DNA of 64,000 bases from Octopus sinensis (lineage: Eukaryota). The stretch spans positions 47,988,001 to 48,052,000 of the forward strand of contig NC_043015.1 of NCBI RefSeq assembly GCF_006345805.1, given 5' to 3'. The notes below the pieces were generated by a model. It did no database searches, was not told the DNA's origin, and saw only the letters and a list, made by a program, of their open reading frames with translations. Position 1 is the first letter of the stretch, and the number at the start of each line of letters is the position of its first letter. Positions 36,565 through 50,075 of this stretch are shown in pieces. Both the position numbers and the translations under genes were made by a program.

Positions 36565-36974
36565 TATGTGTTTTGGTATGGTCTCTACAGCTGGATGCTC
36601 TTTCTAACACCAATCTCTTTACAAAAGTGTACTGAATACCTTTTTATGTCACCATGCAGCTCACACGTTAATAAACCCCAAATGGAAAGTGGGGAACTTT
36701 AAGCTAAGAGAATAAGGAAAACAAAGGCAAAGGGGCTGGAGTACAGCCAGGATCTTGCTGTGGAGGAATGATGAGACTCTTCTCATTTTAGAAAAGTAGG
36801 TGTGCACTATTAACAGTTAACACAATGGTTCCTCTGTTCTGCTACTTCACTTCCGCAACAATTCAAATAACCCTCTTCAATATCACTTGAGGCACTCAAG
36901 TTGATATTCACAATCAGCAAATACTATCTAATCTATTACATGATGCCATCTCATTTAAAAAAACCCACACCATT

Positions 36975-37194
36975 CTTTACTTACTCTCTTACTTGTTTCA
37001 GTCATTTGACTGCGGCTATGCTGGAGCACTGCCTTTAATCGAGCAAATCGATCCTAGGAAGCCTAGTACTTATTCTATCGGTTTCTTTTGCCGAACTGCT
37101 AAGTTATGGGGACGTAAACACACTACAATCGGTTGTCAAGCGATGTTGGAAGGTGGGGACAAACACAGACACACAAACATATGCACACACGTAC

Positions 37195-37229
<35 letters not shown>

Positions 37230-37378
37230 CATATATATGACGGGCTTCTTTCAGTTTCCATCTACCAAATCCACTCACAAGGCTTTGGTCGGCTTGGGGC
37301 TATAGTAGAAGACACTTGCCCAAGATGCCATGCAGTGAAACTGAACCCGGAACCATGTGGTTGGTAAGCAAGCTACTT
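36975..37378 (-). mobile_element. SINE family A
   Basis: Similarity to other copies. Confidence 0.85.
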
Positions 37379-37577
37379 GTGCAATTTTGCATTGTCTTAC
37401 TTATGGGGAATAATATTCCACACTGGAAAGCTATGTATTCACTTTTTCTTCTGCAAAACAGCTGTTCTTGTCTCTTGGTTTCTTATCCCTACTCAATTGA
37501 GGGTTCTTGTCTTGCAGACACTTGGTGACCACACCAGTGCTAGTACTTAGAAGAAAAGTAACCTATACACTCTATGT

Positions 37578-37880
37578 GGAGGCACATGGCCTAGTGGTTA
37601 GAGCAGTGGACTCGCGGTCGAGGGATTGCGGGTTCGAATCTCAGACCGGGCGATGTATGTGTTTATGAGCGAAACACCTAAGCTCCACGCAGCTCCGGCA
37701 AAAGGTAATGGCAAAACTTCTGACTCTTTCGCCACAACTTTCTCTCACTCTTTCCTCCTGCATCTTGCAGCTCACCTGCGACGGACCGGCATCCCGTCCA
37801 GGTGGGGAACCAATATGCCAAGAAATCGGGAAACCGGCCCTTATGAGCCAGGGATGGATCGAGAAGGAACAAACAACAAA
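37578..37880 (+). mobile_element. tRNA-Arg-derived SINE family D variant
   Basis: ggaggcacatggcctagtggttagagcagtggactcgcggtcgagggattgcgggttcgaatc head; (caa)n tail; flanking repeat ctatacactctatg. Confidence 0.85.
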
Positions 37881-39249
37881 CTATACACTCTATGGCATTA
37901 GGAATGAAATCCTGCTGTAGAAACCATGTCAAAGCAGACATCAGAGCTTGGTGTAGCTTTCTAGCTCATCAGTTTATGTTGAACTGTTCAACCCATGCCG
38001 GCATGGGAAGAGGCATGGTGATGATTATCTAACATCATTTCAAATCTTCTTTTGTTTACATCTACTGAAAGTATCTTCCAGTAAGTCTCACCTTTCATAC
38101 CAAGTTTTTTCCTCTACTCATTAAATGTTTTCATGATATTTACATCAGTACATACAATTCATAAACCAAATGAATTCCTTTCTGGCTCCTGTATAGACTG
38201 CCACCATTCTTCGATGTACAATATTTCGCTGCTTTTATACAGGATGAAGTATTGGCTTTTATTCATGTCTTTTTACATTCATTTTCCCACGTTAGCATGG
38301 GTTAGATGAATACATTACTGAGATATTATTTCACAGTCAGATAACCCTTCCTAATGCAAACTTTTACTGCTTTTCAAGTAAGGAGTCTTTTATACCATAC
38401 AGCTACAAAATGAGTGGACAAGTCATTGACAAGAGAGATGCCAGCAACAGCACCAGGTGACCATTATGACATGATTTTAGTGTAATTTGTGCTTCATTAG
38501 TAATAGGTATCCCTGCAACAGAATGCCAGACCAAAATTCCATCAAACTGATATAGAACAGTTGATACTGCAAAAAGCTAGCAGGCTGTACATAAATTAGC
38601 TATTAGTGATGGAAGCAGCCTTTGTGACGAATATTGATTTGCACATATCATCTATCTATCTATCCATATATATATATTATCATCATCAAACATCCACCTT
38701 CCATGCTGGCATGGGTTGGACGGCTTAACAGGAGCAGCCCAGGATACTGTGTCTGTTTTGGCATGATTTTTACGGTTGGATGCCATTCCTAACACCAACC
38801 ACCCTACAGAGTGGACCAAGAGTTATATACATGGCACCAGAACAGGCGAGGTCAGTTTTGGCATAGTTTTTACAGCTGGCATTTTACAGTTGGCGTTTTC
38901 CAAATGCCAACCACTTCAGTGTGGACTGGGTGCTTTTTATGTGGCACCAGCACTGGCAGGGTCACCAAGTAACTTGCAAGACAAAAGAATTTTGAGAAGA
39001 ATGATCTTGTGTCGAATGATGAAAGGTTAGAGTGTGACAGAGAGAGAGAGAGAGAGAGGCAGAAACAGGTGTCTTGCTATAAAGGAGGGGACATTGGAGG
39101 AGGTGATCTTGTTTCCCATTCCTGAAATTCTTGGATCAGCTTATGAAAGAATAAAAATTTTGAGAAAAATTTGGGTAGCCACAATGTTACATAAGAGACA
39201 GGTTTCTAATGGTACTAAAAGACAGAGACTTGTATTTAAATATCCAAAC

Positions 39250-39357
39250 CTCATAGATTCCTTCTTGCTCTGATTTTACTTTCTTTACATCAAGAAGTCG
39301 TGCCCACACAATTCCACGCATTCTCTCAGGAATACCTTTGTACACCCGGCGTGCCAT
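39250..39357 (-). CDS. USP6NL: USP6NL exon (MARRVYKGIPERMRGIVWARLLDVKKVKSEQEGIYE)
   Basis: ttttctag/gtttgg, 108 nt, phase 0/0; KGIP..RG.VW TBC start motif. Confidence 0.96.
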
Positions 39358-40629
39358 CTAGAAAATAGACAAAAGTAAATGGAATGGTAAGTTAAAAATT
39401 ATTCATCTTATCATTTAATAACAAAGAGAATGAAATATTTCCATCACACTTCCAAAAATGTTAAACTTTCAAAAGATCATTGCTTGAAATTTCAATTGCT
39501 CAACAGAGCAACAAAAATTATATCACAAGAGCTGACCTTTCTCTTCAAGACTTTTGTAGCCTTGTAGATACTAGACAGAAATGAAAACAAAAACTGGGAC
39601 ACTTGAAAAAGTACTTGTTTTGTAAGTGTTTAGAGAGAGTAGTTGAACGAAAGCAATCAGGACATAGCCCTGGTAATGTTATGTCTTCTGGTTAATATAA
39701 TCATAGATGAATATCAATAAGAAAATATAAAGGCAAGTTAAAATTGATTGCACTATAACATTTATTTCTGACACTAAAGTGAATACATCAACTGGCATGA
39801 CAAGTAGAACTCTGTTAAAAACATTACAAGGTTTCAAAATATGTTTCTCAAAGTTGAAGATAACTGTTAGAAGAAATGCAAAACAGTGTCAAAGATTCTT
39901 GTTACAAATCACTTCTTGCTGAAGCTGCAAAGTTGAATTATCTGCTCTCATTATCAAAAATCCAACTCGCTTCCCTCAGGAATTAGGGATAAAATCATCC
40001 CTTAAATAACTGATGTAGGGATGCTATGTAGGGGTGGACAGTCCGTGCAAAGCCAAATAGGTTTGACTATCATGCAACAAACAAAAATAGGGAGCTAAAA
40101 GTAAAGAGCCACAATGTGGGTAGCTAAAGGTAAAGAGCAACTACGCTTCTGCTAAGAGTGTAATAAATTCAAAGACTCGGTAAGAATCAGGTCTCCACTA
40201 TGAAAAGACAAAACATGTTTTATATGGTCCATTTTTTTTCCTTTTTTTTTTTAACAATCCGCTGATTGCATATGGACTAGTTCTATCATGTTAAACATGG
40301 ACTAGTTCATGTTTGCAAGGGGGAAAAGACAATGTGTCTATTTTCTGCTGGTTCTTAAAGACCAAACAATAAACCTTTAAAAATATCAATAACTATCATA
40401 TCTTGGATAGCAAAAAGCATCCAGAATAAAGTTGTTTCACAATTTCATAATGAAACAAGATTCAACCCCCAACATACATTTGTGCTGTTTTCATCCACAT
40501 TAATATTATTATTATTATTATTAAGGCATCAAGGTGACAGAATTGTTAGCATGCAGGGCATTTCGTTCATTTTTACATTCAAATGCAGTCTTTCATCCTC
40601 TAGGGATCAATAAAATAAGCACCAGTTGA

Positions 40630-41712
40630 GCACTTCATCATCATCATCCTTCAACCAACCTATGGTTGGACGGAACTCCATTGACAATCCCTTTCTGCAC
40701 TACATGGTCCTGCATTGCTGTGTTCAGATCTCTAATATCCAGCCCTGAGTCCTGAGATATAGTATCTAAAAATGTCAGTTTCCAGAGGGATGACATGACC
40801 TCTTTCTCTGCTTAATAACAGTGGCCAGCAAATTGTAGTAATTTCTGCTTTAGTTTGGGGAATATTGGTACCAATTTCCATAGATGTTACTAAATGATGT
40901 TCTGTGTCTTTCTGAGCAGGTTGGTATATGTTCCATCTAGTTGCTTTTCGAAGAGAGCTGATGTGGTCCAGGTCTCTGATCCATAGAGAAGAACCGGCTC
41001 AATCAGTGTTCTAAATATTTTAACTTTTAAAATGGGTGGAAGGTTTGAGTGCCAGATCTTATCAAGTCTATTACATGCATCCCAAGCAAGAGCTTTGCAG
41101 ATGTGAACACCCTTTTGGAAGTCTACTATGTGTAATCCAAGATATTTGAAGTCATCAACGATTTTGATAGATATATTACTGAGCGATTTAAGTTCAGTTA
41201 ACTTGGAGGAGTGCGTGATAAAATCTGTCTTACTCTCATAGCAGTAAAGGCCAACCTGATGTGCTGTTTTCTCCAGTGTTTGTAACAAAGATTCTGCATC
41301 TTTAATACAATAGAATACCAAGGCAAGATCATCAGCAAAGTCAAATCAGTTACATATTGTGCACAATGCCGACTGCTCTGGCAGGGTTTCAAAAGGAGTC
41401 CCTTTTCCTCCATACAGTCTAGGGAAATGCGTAGAACATAGTCGAGAACAATGATGAACAAGAAAGGAGTGAGTGTGTCACCCTGCAGAACGCCTGCTTT
41501 GACTTCAAAGAAATCAGTCTCTCCATCAGGAGATATAACTGTGGCAGTGGCATTTGTGTACAGCGCTCTGATAGCATCAACAATCCTGGAAGGAATACCA
41601 TAGTGTGCAAGGCTTTTAAACGCAAGATCTCTGCTGATGGAACCAAATGCTTTGCGAAAGTCAACAGAACAGATTGTGATGCTCTTGTTAATTGACTTAG
41701 CTCCTCTCCCAA
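40630..41712 (-). pseudogene. RTE-clade LINE reverse transcriptase, 5'-truncated and degenerate, with (GAT)n tail
   Basis: Motifs VDFRKAF, GVLQGDTLTPFLFIIVLDY, DFADDL, DFKYLG, VLLYGSETW across frames. Confidence 0.88.
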
Positions 41713-42460
41713 AACTACTGACCCACTTTTAATTTAATAATGTGTGTATATATCTATGTATCAACTTTTCTTTTGATCTATGTACCTACTTTTCTTGCGA
41801 TGTGATAAACATTTAAAAACACAAAACAAATGCAGTCACTACTCAGTCTCTTTCACTCTCTCTGTTTCTCTCTTACTTCCTCTCTGAAACATTTTAAACA
41901 GAAAATGAATGCTGTCACCACTGACCGTCTCTTTCACTATCTCTTTCTCTCCTACTTCTCTTTCCTCCTCTCTTACTATCTCTTTCTCTCTTTTCTCCTC
42001 TCTCTCACTTTGTCACTTCTTCTTTTGAAGTAAATGTGACACACACGACAGGTACGTACAAGAAGAACAAGTTGGCATATTAATATTATTGATAATCATT
42101 GGGCATTTACATTTAACAACACTAAATTAACTTTGCAGTTAACTTTTTAGCATTCAGATTACTCTGTCAGATGTAATGCTTATTTATTCACATTGTTGTG
42201 AATTAATCATGCATTATCTGGTAATTTTGGGATACCAATGATATGATCGTTTTATTTTTAGAATGACATTGTAGGGTAGGTGTAAGAGACCTGATCTGGC
42301 CTTTGAACATAAAACAGATAGAATATTTTAGCAGGATATGGCCAATTTAAATGCGAAAGAGTTAAATCCAAAATTCAAAACAACCTCAAAATAAATGGAG
42401 GTTTAAGAAATAAAAGCAACCTATAAAAAAAAATTCATCTCAAAATGAACTTCAACCTAC

Positions 42461-42541
42461 CTTTTCTCCTCCATAATATTTATCCCAGTTTCTCAACATC
42501 TTCATCCATTTCTGACTTCTTTCATATTCTTGTTGCCTCAG
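42461..42541 (-). CDS. USP6NL: USP6NL exon (LRQQEYERSQKWMKMLRNWDKYYGGEK)
   Basis: ttttcttag/gtaggt, 81 nt, phase 0/0; E.ER..KW.KML..W motif. Confidence 0.96.
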
Positions 42542-42797
42542 CTAAGAAAAGTAAAAACACCGAGACATTAAGGAAATGCTGGAACAGATTCATTTGAGAT
42601 TTCATTTCAAATCATGCAATGTATAAGCATAACTCTGTAGTTAAGAAATTCGCTTTGTAACTGCATGGTTTTGAGTTCAGCCTCACGGCATGGCACCTTG
42701 GGTAAGTGTCTTCTACTGTAGCTGCAAGCTGACCAAAACATTGTGAATGGATTTGGTAAAAAGAAACTGAAAGGCTAGTCATGTATATATACATATA

Positions 42798-42980
42798 TAG
42801 GGAGAGTTTACGAAAAAAAACAAAAGACGAAGACAGGTGGTGTACAAAACAAACAGATGTATTAGTATAACGCTCAGGAATAGAAAAAGTCTTTTACGTT
42901 TCGAGCCTACGCTCTTCTATAGAAAGGGACACAGAAAAAACAAGGAGAGAAAAAAATGTGTGTAGTGGCTAACGATCTAT
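42798..42980 (-). mobile_element. (TA)n-associated repeat carrying an atypical hammerhead-like motif (42891-42926), abutting the microsatellite of a family A SINE (42625-42790)
   Basis: Reverse-complement match to 26905-27075; cuuu-CUAUAGA-a-gagc[guag]gcuc-GAA-ACGU-A-aaag. Confidence 0.6.
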
Positions 42981-43399
42981 ACATATATCTGTGTGTGTAT
43001 GTGTGTTGGTGCAAACAGGAAAAATAGAACTCAAAAAATGAGAATATGTATATTTTTATTAATATTTAGCAGAAATAACAGAGTGACACAAGGTCCAGGA
43101 ATTTCATGCGTTGACACTGAGCAAACTGATAAGCTGATAAGCAACAATGCACGAAACTCTTAAACCATGAGTCACTCTGTCACTTCTGCTTTAATAAACA
43201 CACACACACATATATATATTATATATATAATCCTCATCATCATTTAACATTTGTTTCCATAATGATGTGTGTATGTTTGTGTATCCTTGTCTTGATATCA
43301 CATGATTGTTGTAAATGAATGACATTCACTTCCAATATCCTGCAAAAACATGTGTGGCCAATGGGAAATATTAAACCTTGCTTAGAAACAAATAAGGGT

Positions 43400-43626
43400 T
43401 ACTCTTTACTCTCTTTTTTTACTCTTTTTACTTGTTTCAGTCAGTTGACTGCGGCCATGCTGGAGCACTGCCTTTAGTCGAGCAACTCGACCCTAGGACT
43501 TTGTAAGCCTAGTACTTATTCTATCGGTCTCTTTGCCGAACCGCTAAGTGACGGGGGACATAAACACACCAGCATCGGTTGTCAAGTAATGCTAGGGGGA
43601 CAAACACAGACACACAAACATACATG

Positions 43627-43672
<46 letters not shown>

Positions 43673-43837
43673 CACAACGGGCTTCTTTCAGTTTCCATCT
43701 ACCAAATCCACTCGAAAGGTTTTGGTCGGCCCGAGGCTATAGTAGAAGACACTTGCCCAAGGTGCCACACAGTGGGACTGAACCCGGAACCATGTGGTTG
43801 GTAAGCAAGCTACTTACCACACAGCCACTCCTGCGCC
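43400..43837 (-). mobile_element. SINE family A, full length
   Basis: Similarity to other copies. Confidence 0.9.
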
Positions 43838-45123
43838 TTTGGTGACAAAAAAAAAATAAAGGCATCTAGTCACTGAAAATCTGCCTCAATAAATTCTTTC
43901 TGACCCATGCAAGCATAGAAAAGTGAATTTTAAAACAGTGGTGATAACAATGATGACTGCCTCATAAATTACTCCAGCAATAATATACTGTATTGGTGTG
44001 AACCTCAGGCTAGTCAAATTGGTACATCCATCACCATCGTGACCAAAGAACAAGGCTGTTGATCATATGACGGATTAAAAATTTGCTGAGCTGGAAAAAC
44101 AAACTATTTTGCATCTAAAAGGTTATGATGTGTCTGAAAGTTTGTGAATAACCTTGTAAAGTGCTCAACACAGGAAAAAAATCCTTAACTGCTATATATC
44201 TATGGACGTTAGAACATGCGTGATCTCAACAGAGTACATCTTAACTAAATATAATTCGTGAAAAGGATCAATGGAAATTTACAAACAATTTGGATATTAG
44301 CTCACAGATGCTAGCTGGACCGGAGATTCTCTTTTTTACAAGATATTTATAGGACACCATCAGGCTCGCATCTGGATGACATCAGTGGCATGGAAAAGGG
44401 GGGCTGGTATGCATAACCTTGCCCAGACTTGTGCCTCAGAGAACTTTCTAGGTGCAATCCTATGGTCATTCATGACCGAAGGGGGCCATTATCCTATTCT
44501 GTCAAATGTAATGCATATTCATTCACATCGTTTTGAATTAATAATGCATTATCTTGTAGCTTTGAGATTTTGATGATGTGACTGTTTATTTTTAGAATGA
44601 TCTGACACAAGATCACCTCCCCCAATGCCCTCTCCCCTTTAAAAGGTTCTTTGACTTGCAAGTTACTTGGTGACCCTACCAGCGCTGGTGCTATGTAAAA
44701 AGCATCCAGTCCACACAGTAAAGTGGTTGGCTTATGGAAGGGCATCCAGTTGTAAAAACCATGCCAAAACTGACCCCACTTGTACTGGTGCCACATAAAA
44801 AGCACTCAGTCCATTCTGTGGAGTGGTTGGTTTTAGGAAGGGCATCCAGCTGCAAACACCATGTCAAAACAGGCACAGACGTTTGGTGGTCTTCTGCTTG
44901 GCCAGCTCCTGTCAAATCATTCAATTCACACCAGCATGGAAGATGGATGTTAAACAATGATGATGATGATTATAGGTAAGTGTAAAAGGACAGATCTGGC
45001 TGGTATGACCATTAAGCAGGTAGAATATTTGTGCCAGATATTGGCCAATTTAAATACTAAAGTGTCAATAGATCTGGGACATTTAACAGCTTGGACAAGC
45101 ATATTTATCTCTTGGTCACTTAC

Positions 45124-45163
45124 CTTCACCTCAGAACTTGATGTTGGTGGCAAACGATGCTCA
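45124..45163 (-). CDS. USP6NL: USP6NL 40-nt exon (H-EHRLPPTSSSEVK)
   Basis: tttttcag/gtaagt; phase 2/0 exactly bridges the flanking exons. Confidence 0.88.
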
Positions 45164-45907
45164 CTGAAAAAGAAAAATTGAATGAATGAATGAATTAATT
45201 AATCGTTCAGGCTTCATAATTACATTCAACATAATTTCTTCCACTTCTATTTAATCAACAAATTAATCAAGACATCACTGCACCAAACAGTGTTTAGCTA
45301 ACTACCACTGATGATGTCAAGCCTATTTGACATAAGAAAACCTTGTGGGTCTATGGTTTCCCTGAGAGATCCCTAAAAAGACAGTCACATACACAAATCT
45401 AATCTCATTTAAATGAAAGACTGGGACACATGATGTAGCCTTAAATATTATATTAATACTTGAGCAAAAAGATAGGACAGTTATGGTTGGAATGCTTTTC
45501 ATCACAAATTAACTCCATCAAGGCTAACTTGAGGCTAAACATCAACAAAATATAATTATTGTTTATGCATAATGCTCCATGCATTCTCACCCAACATCTG
45601 GTGTCTACATTGCATTCATATCTGACCATATGTGTGTGTGTATATAATACATACACACACATATGTATATGTATATAATGCTGACATTCCATCTATACAT
45701 AGACATAAAACAAATGAGTCAAAATAGTATATGAATTAAATTCCAGAATTTCCATTCATCTATTATTAACTGCCTTGAATCCAAAATGTCTGTTAGACCA
45801 TATTATAGTAACATGTCAACCTGGTTCCCTCTAATTTTGCTGTATCCTAGACTCTGGTTCTATGCATTTTACATTCCCCCAACCCTTCTTGCTGCCACTT
45901 TTCATAC

Positions 45908-46141
45908 CTATTTCTTTATTACCCACAAGGGGCTAAACATAGATGGGACAAACAAGGACAGACATAGGTATTAAGTCGATTACATCGACCCCAGTGCGTA
46001 ACTGGTACTTAATTCATCGACCCTGAAAGGATGAAAGGCAAAGTCGACATCGGCAGAATTTGAACTCACAACGTAACGGCAGACGAAATACTGCAAAGCA
46101 TTTCACCCGGCATGCTAACGTTTCTGCCAGTTCGCCGCCTT
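45908..46141 (-). mobile_element. SINE family B
   Basis: Flanking repeat cttttcatacc. Confidence 0.88.
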
Positions 46142-46782
46142 TTCATACCACACACTTCTATGTGGATGATATCCTCCGTCACTTTTCTTAAACTTCTACA
46201 CACACTCACACAGAGGTGACGTCCACATACAATCTAGACATTTCATACCAGACTTGCTCTGCTCCTATGAATAAAGATCTTGACAACATTTTCTCCAACG
46301 GAGACATTACAACTTAGTTCCTTTCAACAACACCCCAATACATAGCAATCTTGTAACGATTAGCCCACCCTCTGCAACTTTGGTTGATAAAATACTAAAA
46401 CTTGTTACAATGAATGCAACGATTTAAAATCATTTTTCATTTCAAAATGTGTTCCACATATTTCTGTCTTGATCTCCAACAATGTGCAACCCTTATTTGG
46501 CTACTGTTCGCTCACCGAAGACAAAGCTGTCATCGTCATCATATGCTTTTATAGCACATTAATGACACTATACTGAATGTTTTCACAATTAAGCGCAAGT
46601 TCTCCCGTTGGATGAATCCATAGCATTACTTTGTTCCGACTTTCTCATAGTGTTTTCTTGGCAAGGATACTGGTCTGGTTTACCATTATCTTCCTCTACT
46701 GGAGCTCATCCACCCTGTGACAGGTCATGCTTTTAGTTCTGCTGGGTGTCCAGACACCCTTATCACAAGAGAAGCAATTCAA

Positions 46783-47012
46783 AAGGCAGCAAGCTGGCAG
46801 AAACGTTATCACGCTGGGCGAAATGCTTAGCAGTATTTTGTCTGCTGTTATGTTCTGAGTTCAAATTCTGCTGAGGTCGACTTTGCCTTTCATCCTTTCG
46901 GGGTCAATAAATTAAGTACCAGTTACGCACTGGAGTGGATGTAATCGACTTAATCCCTTTATTCTTGTTTGTCCCCTCTATGTTTAGCCCCTTGTGAGCA
47001 ATAAAGAAATAA
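46783..47012 (+). mobile_element. SINE family B
   Basis: Flanking repeat aagagaagcaattca. Confidence 0.88.
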
Positions 47013-48213
47013 GAGAAGCAATTCAGTCAAGTGGGGGAGCAGTTTAGTCATCAACTACTCAACCATGAAACAGGTGGTACTGGCTTACTTGATACTAGTA
47101 ACAAGTTTCATTAACCTGTGAGGAGGTCCCTGACTTGACTACAAACTTCCTACATATCTTTCTCCAAATAAAGGCCATCCAGAATTTTTTCCTAGTTTCT
47201 ACTTGTCTGAACTAGCAACATTTATCTATTGCATCCTTCCACTACATCTCTACCATGTCCGACTCCTTACAATCCAACAGTAAATATGTTAGTTTAATTC
47301 AGTCCACTTTAAAGCTGCAGTCATCTGGAACATCTACCCTGCTCCAATTTCCCCATAAACAAAAGCACAGAAGGGCAGGAGCACCATCCTACTTCTTCCA
47401 CTAAAGACATATTTACAACCAGTACATTCACAAAAACTGTAAAGTTTTTTGGGTTTTTTTTAAGAAATGCTACTTAACTATTTACTACCACATTATTTTT
47501 CTAATTGTTCCCTTGAATTTGATCATGTTATAAAGAAGATGACCTTCATAAAATAATAATTCTGTTTCCACACCTATTTTCAACCTTAATTACAGATTAC
47601 TAATCTGTAAGGACAGAGAAAAGCTTCTAAGATCTAAACCAGGCATGGAGGCAACCTTTTTTTTGAGAAGTGGGCTACATGAAACATGGTTCATCAGGTG
47701 GGCTACACTGCTAAAAGAAATTCAAGGTAATATTTCGCTGTGGAGGCCATTCAGAAAGTCCTGCAAGTCACTTGTAGCCTATGACCGATCTAAATACTTA
47801 CAAAGAATGGTCAATAATTTGCTAGACAGTTAAGCAAATCTTTGGAAACGAACAAAATTTCATGTTTACATCTACACTAGTTTTAATTGGTTCTATTGCC
47901 AATGAAAATGTAGGGCAGATGTATATATATAAAAAAAAAAACAATTTCTAAAGGCAAGATTAAAACTTCAAAAATTTACAATCTTGTTTCTAAGAACTAG
48001 TCTAGCCACAACTGATAACTTGAATGCTTTGAAGTTGAAGAAAAATACGTAAGATTCTTCTCTTTTTTTGAAAAAAGATGAGAGAGAGAAACATTAAAAA
48101 TCTGACACCAGGAAATAAAATATTATATTTAGAAATGTTATGAGGTAAATTATATATCATTAACCTACATATATATATATATGTAGTTCAGTGTGTGTCT
48201 GTGTATGTACATA

Positions 48214-49927
48214 CAGAACTACGAAAGAACGTTGAACTGTAAAATATTGTGTGTGTCACACATGATATTGAGATTGTATGGATTTTATCACATTTCTAAG
48301 TAATTTAAAATCAGGAAGATGTCACTGTCCCACAACACCCCTTTCTTTTGAAGCACAAGGATTACATGTAGGGTTCGAACTAGCTTATTTTTCATGAACA
48401 CAGCAATGCTCGTGAATGCATCTTTATGAAAAGCACAATGCACATGCAAAACATTGACTCATTGGGTATAAAAAGTACCCAAATTTACAAGCCTGTCATT
48501 CGTTTCCCAAGACTGACACGAAATCAGAGGAAGAAGCCTCCAGACGTCTCTATGCTGGTCAACATCCATGGGTCATTGCTAATGACTTAAATTGAGCGGA
48601 TGAGGGAACGATACAAAGCCACAAACAGCATGGATGATCATCTATGCAGTGGCCAACTGAGGGTTACAACGGCACATCAAGATCGCCACCTGCACTGACA
48701 GCACTTGCAGGACTGATTCCAGAGGGCAATGGAATCAGCTAGGCAGGCCATAGGGACTCACAACAGATCCATTTGTGCAGAAACAGCTCACCACCAGTTG
48801 AGGTCTTTCAATCTGTCTTGTCAATGTCCGGCGAGGGCCCCATCCTCACAGTCATCATTGACGGGCACACCTGCAGTAGGCAGAACTGGCAATATCAGCA
48901 GTGGAGGACTGTAGTCTTCTCTGATGAAAGTCGATATTGCATTTCTGTGGCAGATGGCAGAGCTATGGTTTGGAGAAGAGGCGAACGTCATGCTGATGGG
49001 TGTGTGGTGGAGAGAAACTCATGGGGAGGACAGAGCATAATGGTATGAGGCAGGATTGCACTCAACCAGAAACTTGGATCGGTGATCTTCCAAAACATCG
49101 GCCAAGACTGAGGCAATGAGTAACCACTGCTCGCTACATCAAACAAGTGTAGAGGCCTCACATTGTGTCATGCTTTGTCTGTCATCGGAATCACGTGTTC
49201 CAACACAGCAACACCTGTGCCCATACTGCCAGGTTGACAACAGACTTCCTTCAACAGCACATCCAGACACTGCCATGGCTTGCCCTAAGTCCGGACTTGA
49301 ACCCCATAGAGTACCTATTTCTTTACTACCCACAAGGGGCTAAACACAGAGAGGACAAACAAGGACAGACAAACAGATTAAGTCGATTATATCGACCCCA
49401 GTGAGTAACTGGGACTTTAATCGACCCCGAAAGGATGAAAGGCAAAGTTGACCTTGGCGGAATTTGAACTCAGAACGTAGCGGCAGACAAAATACCGCTA
49501 AGCATTTCGCCCGACGTGCTAACATTTCTGCCAGCTCGCCGACAAAATCCAAATAAAGCTAAATGACATCAGTCCAAGTCCAACAACTATGGCACAACTC
49601 ACTGCAAGTTTTAACAGAGTGTGGGGCTGCTATACCCCTATCCCCATGGCCTTCATCAATCATTTGGTGCATTCAATGTACAGAGGACGCCCGGCAGTAA
49701 TCAACGTTAATGGTGGTCAAACGAGATATTGAGTTCATCTCTTTGGATCCAGGACAGTCCGTAATCACATGACACCATGTGACATCAAACATGTTTTGGG
49801 AAATGACGTTTTCTCATTAGGAATGAACAGTTTCTTAATTAGCACTCTCCAATCAATGCTGTGGCAGTCTGTTAATAAACCCGTTTCTATTTAGTAAGTG
49901 TGTGACGTTTCTTTTGTGGTTCAGTTT
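48214..49927 (+). mobile_element. Degenerate Tc1-like transposon with a nested SINE B (49313-49540)
   Basis: WRTVVFSDESRY, SIMV, FQHSNTCAHTAR and WLALSPDLNPIE motifs; imperfect TIRs gaac.ac.aaaga.acgt. Confidence 0.85.
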
Positions 49928-50075
49928 ATTTACACACACAAACACACACACATTAATATAATTAAACATATAATCACACTAGGTGTGTGATTACATATTC
50001 AAATATGATAATATTTTAGAGTTTAAAATAGCCATAAATATCACATAACAAAGAAACTTACAAACATCAGAAAGT

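Noticed and set aside
37578-37650. tRNA-Arg gene
   Set aside because: tRNA-like head continues into a SINE body with tail and TSD; related heads at 11830-11902 and ~56265
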